Source: Podarcis melisellensis
Lineage: Eukaryota
DNA: 64,000 bases
Assembly (NCBI GenBank): GCA_964234715.1
Contig: OZ174276.1
Direction: 5' to 3' (one strand)
In this document: positions 63,430-64,000 of the stretch, piece after piece
Numbering within the stretch: the first letter of the stretch is position 1
Layout of the letters: the number at the start of each line of letters is the position of its first letter
The notes under the pieces: generated by a model
The model's database searches: none
Told to the model about the DNA's origin: nothing
What the model saw: the letters and a program-made list of their open reading frames with translations, nothing else
Made by a program: the position numbers and the translations under genes

Positions 63430-63605
63430 AAGTGCTTTCACATGTAATCTAGTTGTGATCCGTACAACAAGCCCATAAGGAAAGTCAGTATTGCTGTCTT
63501 CCATATTGCAGAAGGTGGGACTGAGGCTGAGAGATAGTGATTTGCCTAAGGTCACCGAGCAAGTTCACGGCCGAGGCACAGTTCTTGGCTTGGCCACTAC
63601 ACTGC
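63430..63605 (-). mobile_element. MIR/CORE-like SINE fragment
   Basis: gactgaggctgagaga...gatttgcctaaggtcacc core. Confidence 0.5.
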
Positions 63606-64000
63606 ACTGAAATACACTTTTAGCTTTCCTCCACTTTCTTCCTTCTTTTTCTTCTGTCGCACAGATGTGATTCACTGCAGCTAAACAATTAATCACTACA
63701 TCTATCTTTCAGTCAACACACCAAAACAACAGCTTCTCATGATTGCCTACAGCAGCTGGGATAATGCTTTCACTTACATTCAAAGGACATTCCCCTGCAG
63801 CCATTGTTACCTGACATAAATCTTTCAAAATGACTAGCTCTGGAATGCCATGGCCATGCAAGAAACATACCCATAAGAGCCTAAACCTTAAGGGATAATT
63901 GCTACTGGGCTGTTAGGCAACAGACCGTGTCCTATGCCCCTCCCAGCCCCCTCCTCTACTTTTAACACACTGCATTTCATTCTTTGTCACACTATGACGG

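Larger units (their letters stand above)
1..64000 (-). other. RPTOR: RPTOR gene body (partial; the window lies entirely within the gene)
   Basis: 15 colinear minus-strand exons translate to near-identical Raptor peptides in the correct order, with compatible splice phases. Neither gene end is in the window. Confidence 0.98.

Overview
Eukaryotic genomic DNA from a squamate, most likely a lacertid lizard, judged from Sauria SINEs with (ACCTTT)n tails, Bov-B and lizard-type hairpin hAT MITEs. The whole window lies inside RPTOR (Raptor, mTORC1 scaffold) on the minus strand. Fifteen consecutive canonical coding exons were placed with GT-AG boundaries and consistent phases. They run from 58685 down to 8107 and correspond to about human exons 14-28 / residues 504-1124 (numbering recalled from the human gene): armadillo/HEAT region, phospho-regulated linker, Rag-binding claw and start of the WD40 propeller. 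The next canonical exon (GAGMVVDWEQ...) was not found and should lie left of base 1. The rest is intron with SINEs, LINE fragments, MITEs and microsatellites; nearly all ORF-track entries are spurious. Best findings: (1) an in-frame 48-nt cassette exon (1808-1855), absent from canonical human Raptor, that would insert GLARRVSIYLDRSKQG, with a PKA-type RRxS motif, into the WD40 domain; (2) a ~60-bp intronic copy of exon 27, bracketed by direct repeats, that keeps the Cys codon found in human where the real exon encodes Tyr; (3) inverted SINE pairs bracketing the in-frame-skippable claw/phospho-cluster exons; (4) a 5'-inverted Bov-B insertion with a fold-back junction, nested in a CR1; (5) a MITE with a 35-bp hairpin next to exon 16. 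Repeat family names come from motif recognition, not database searches.
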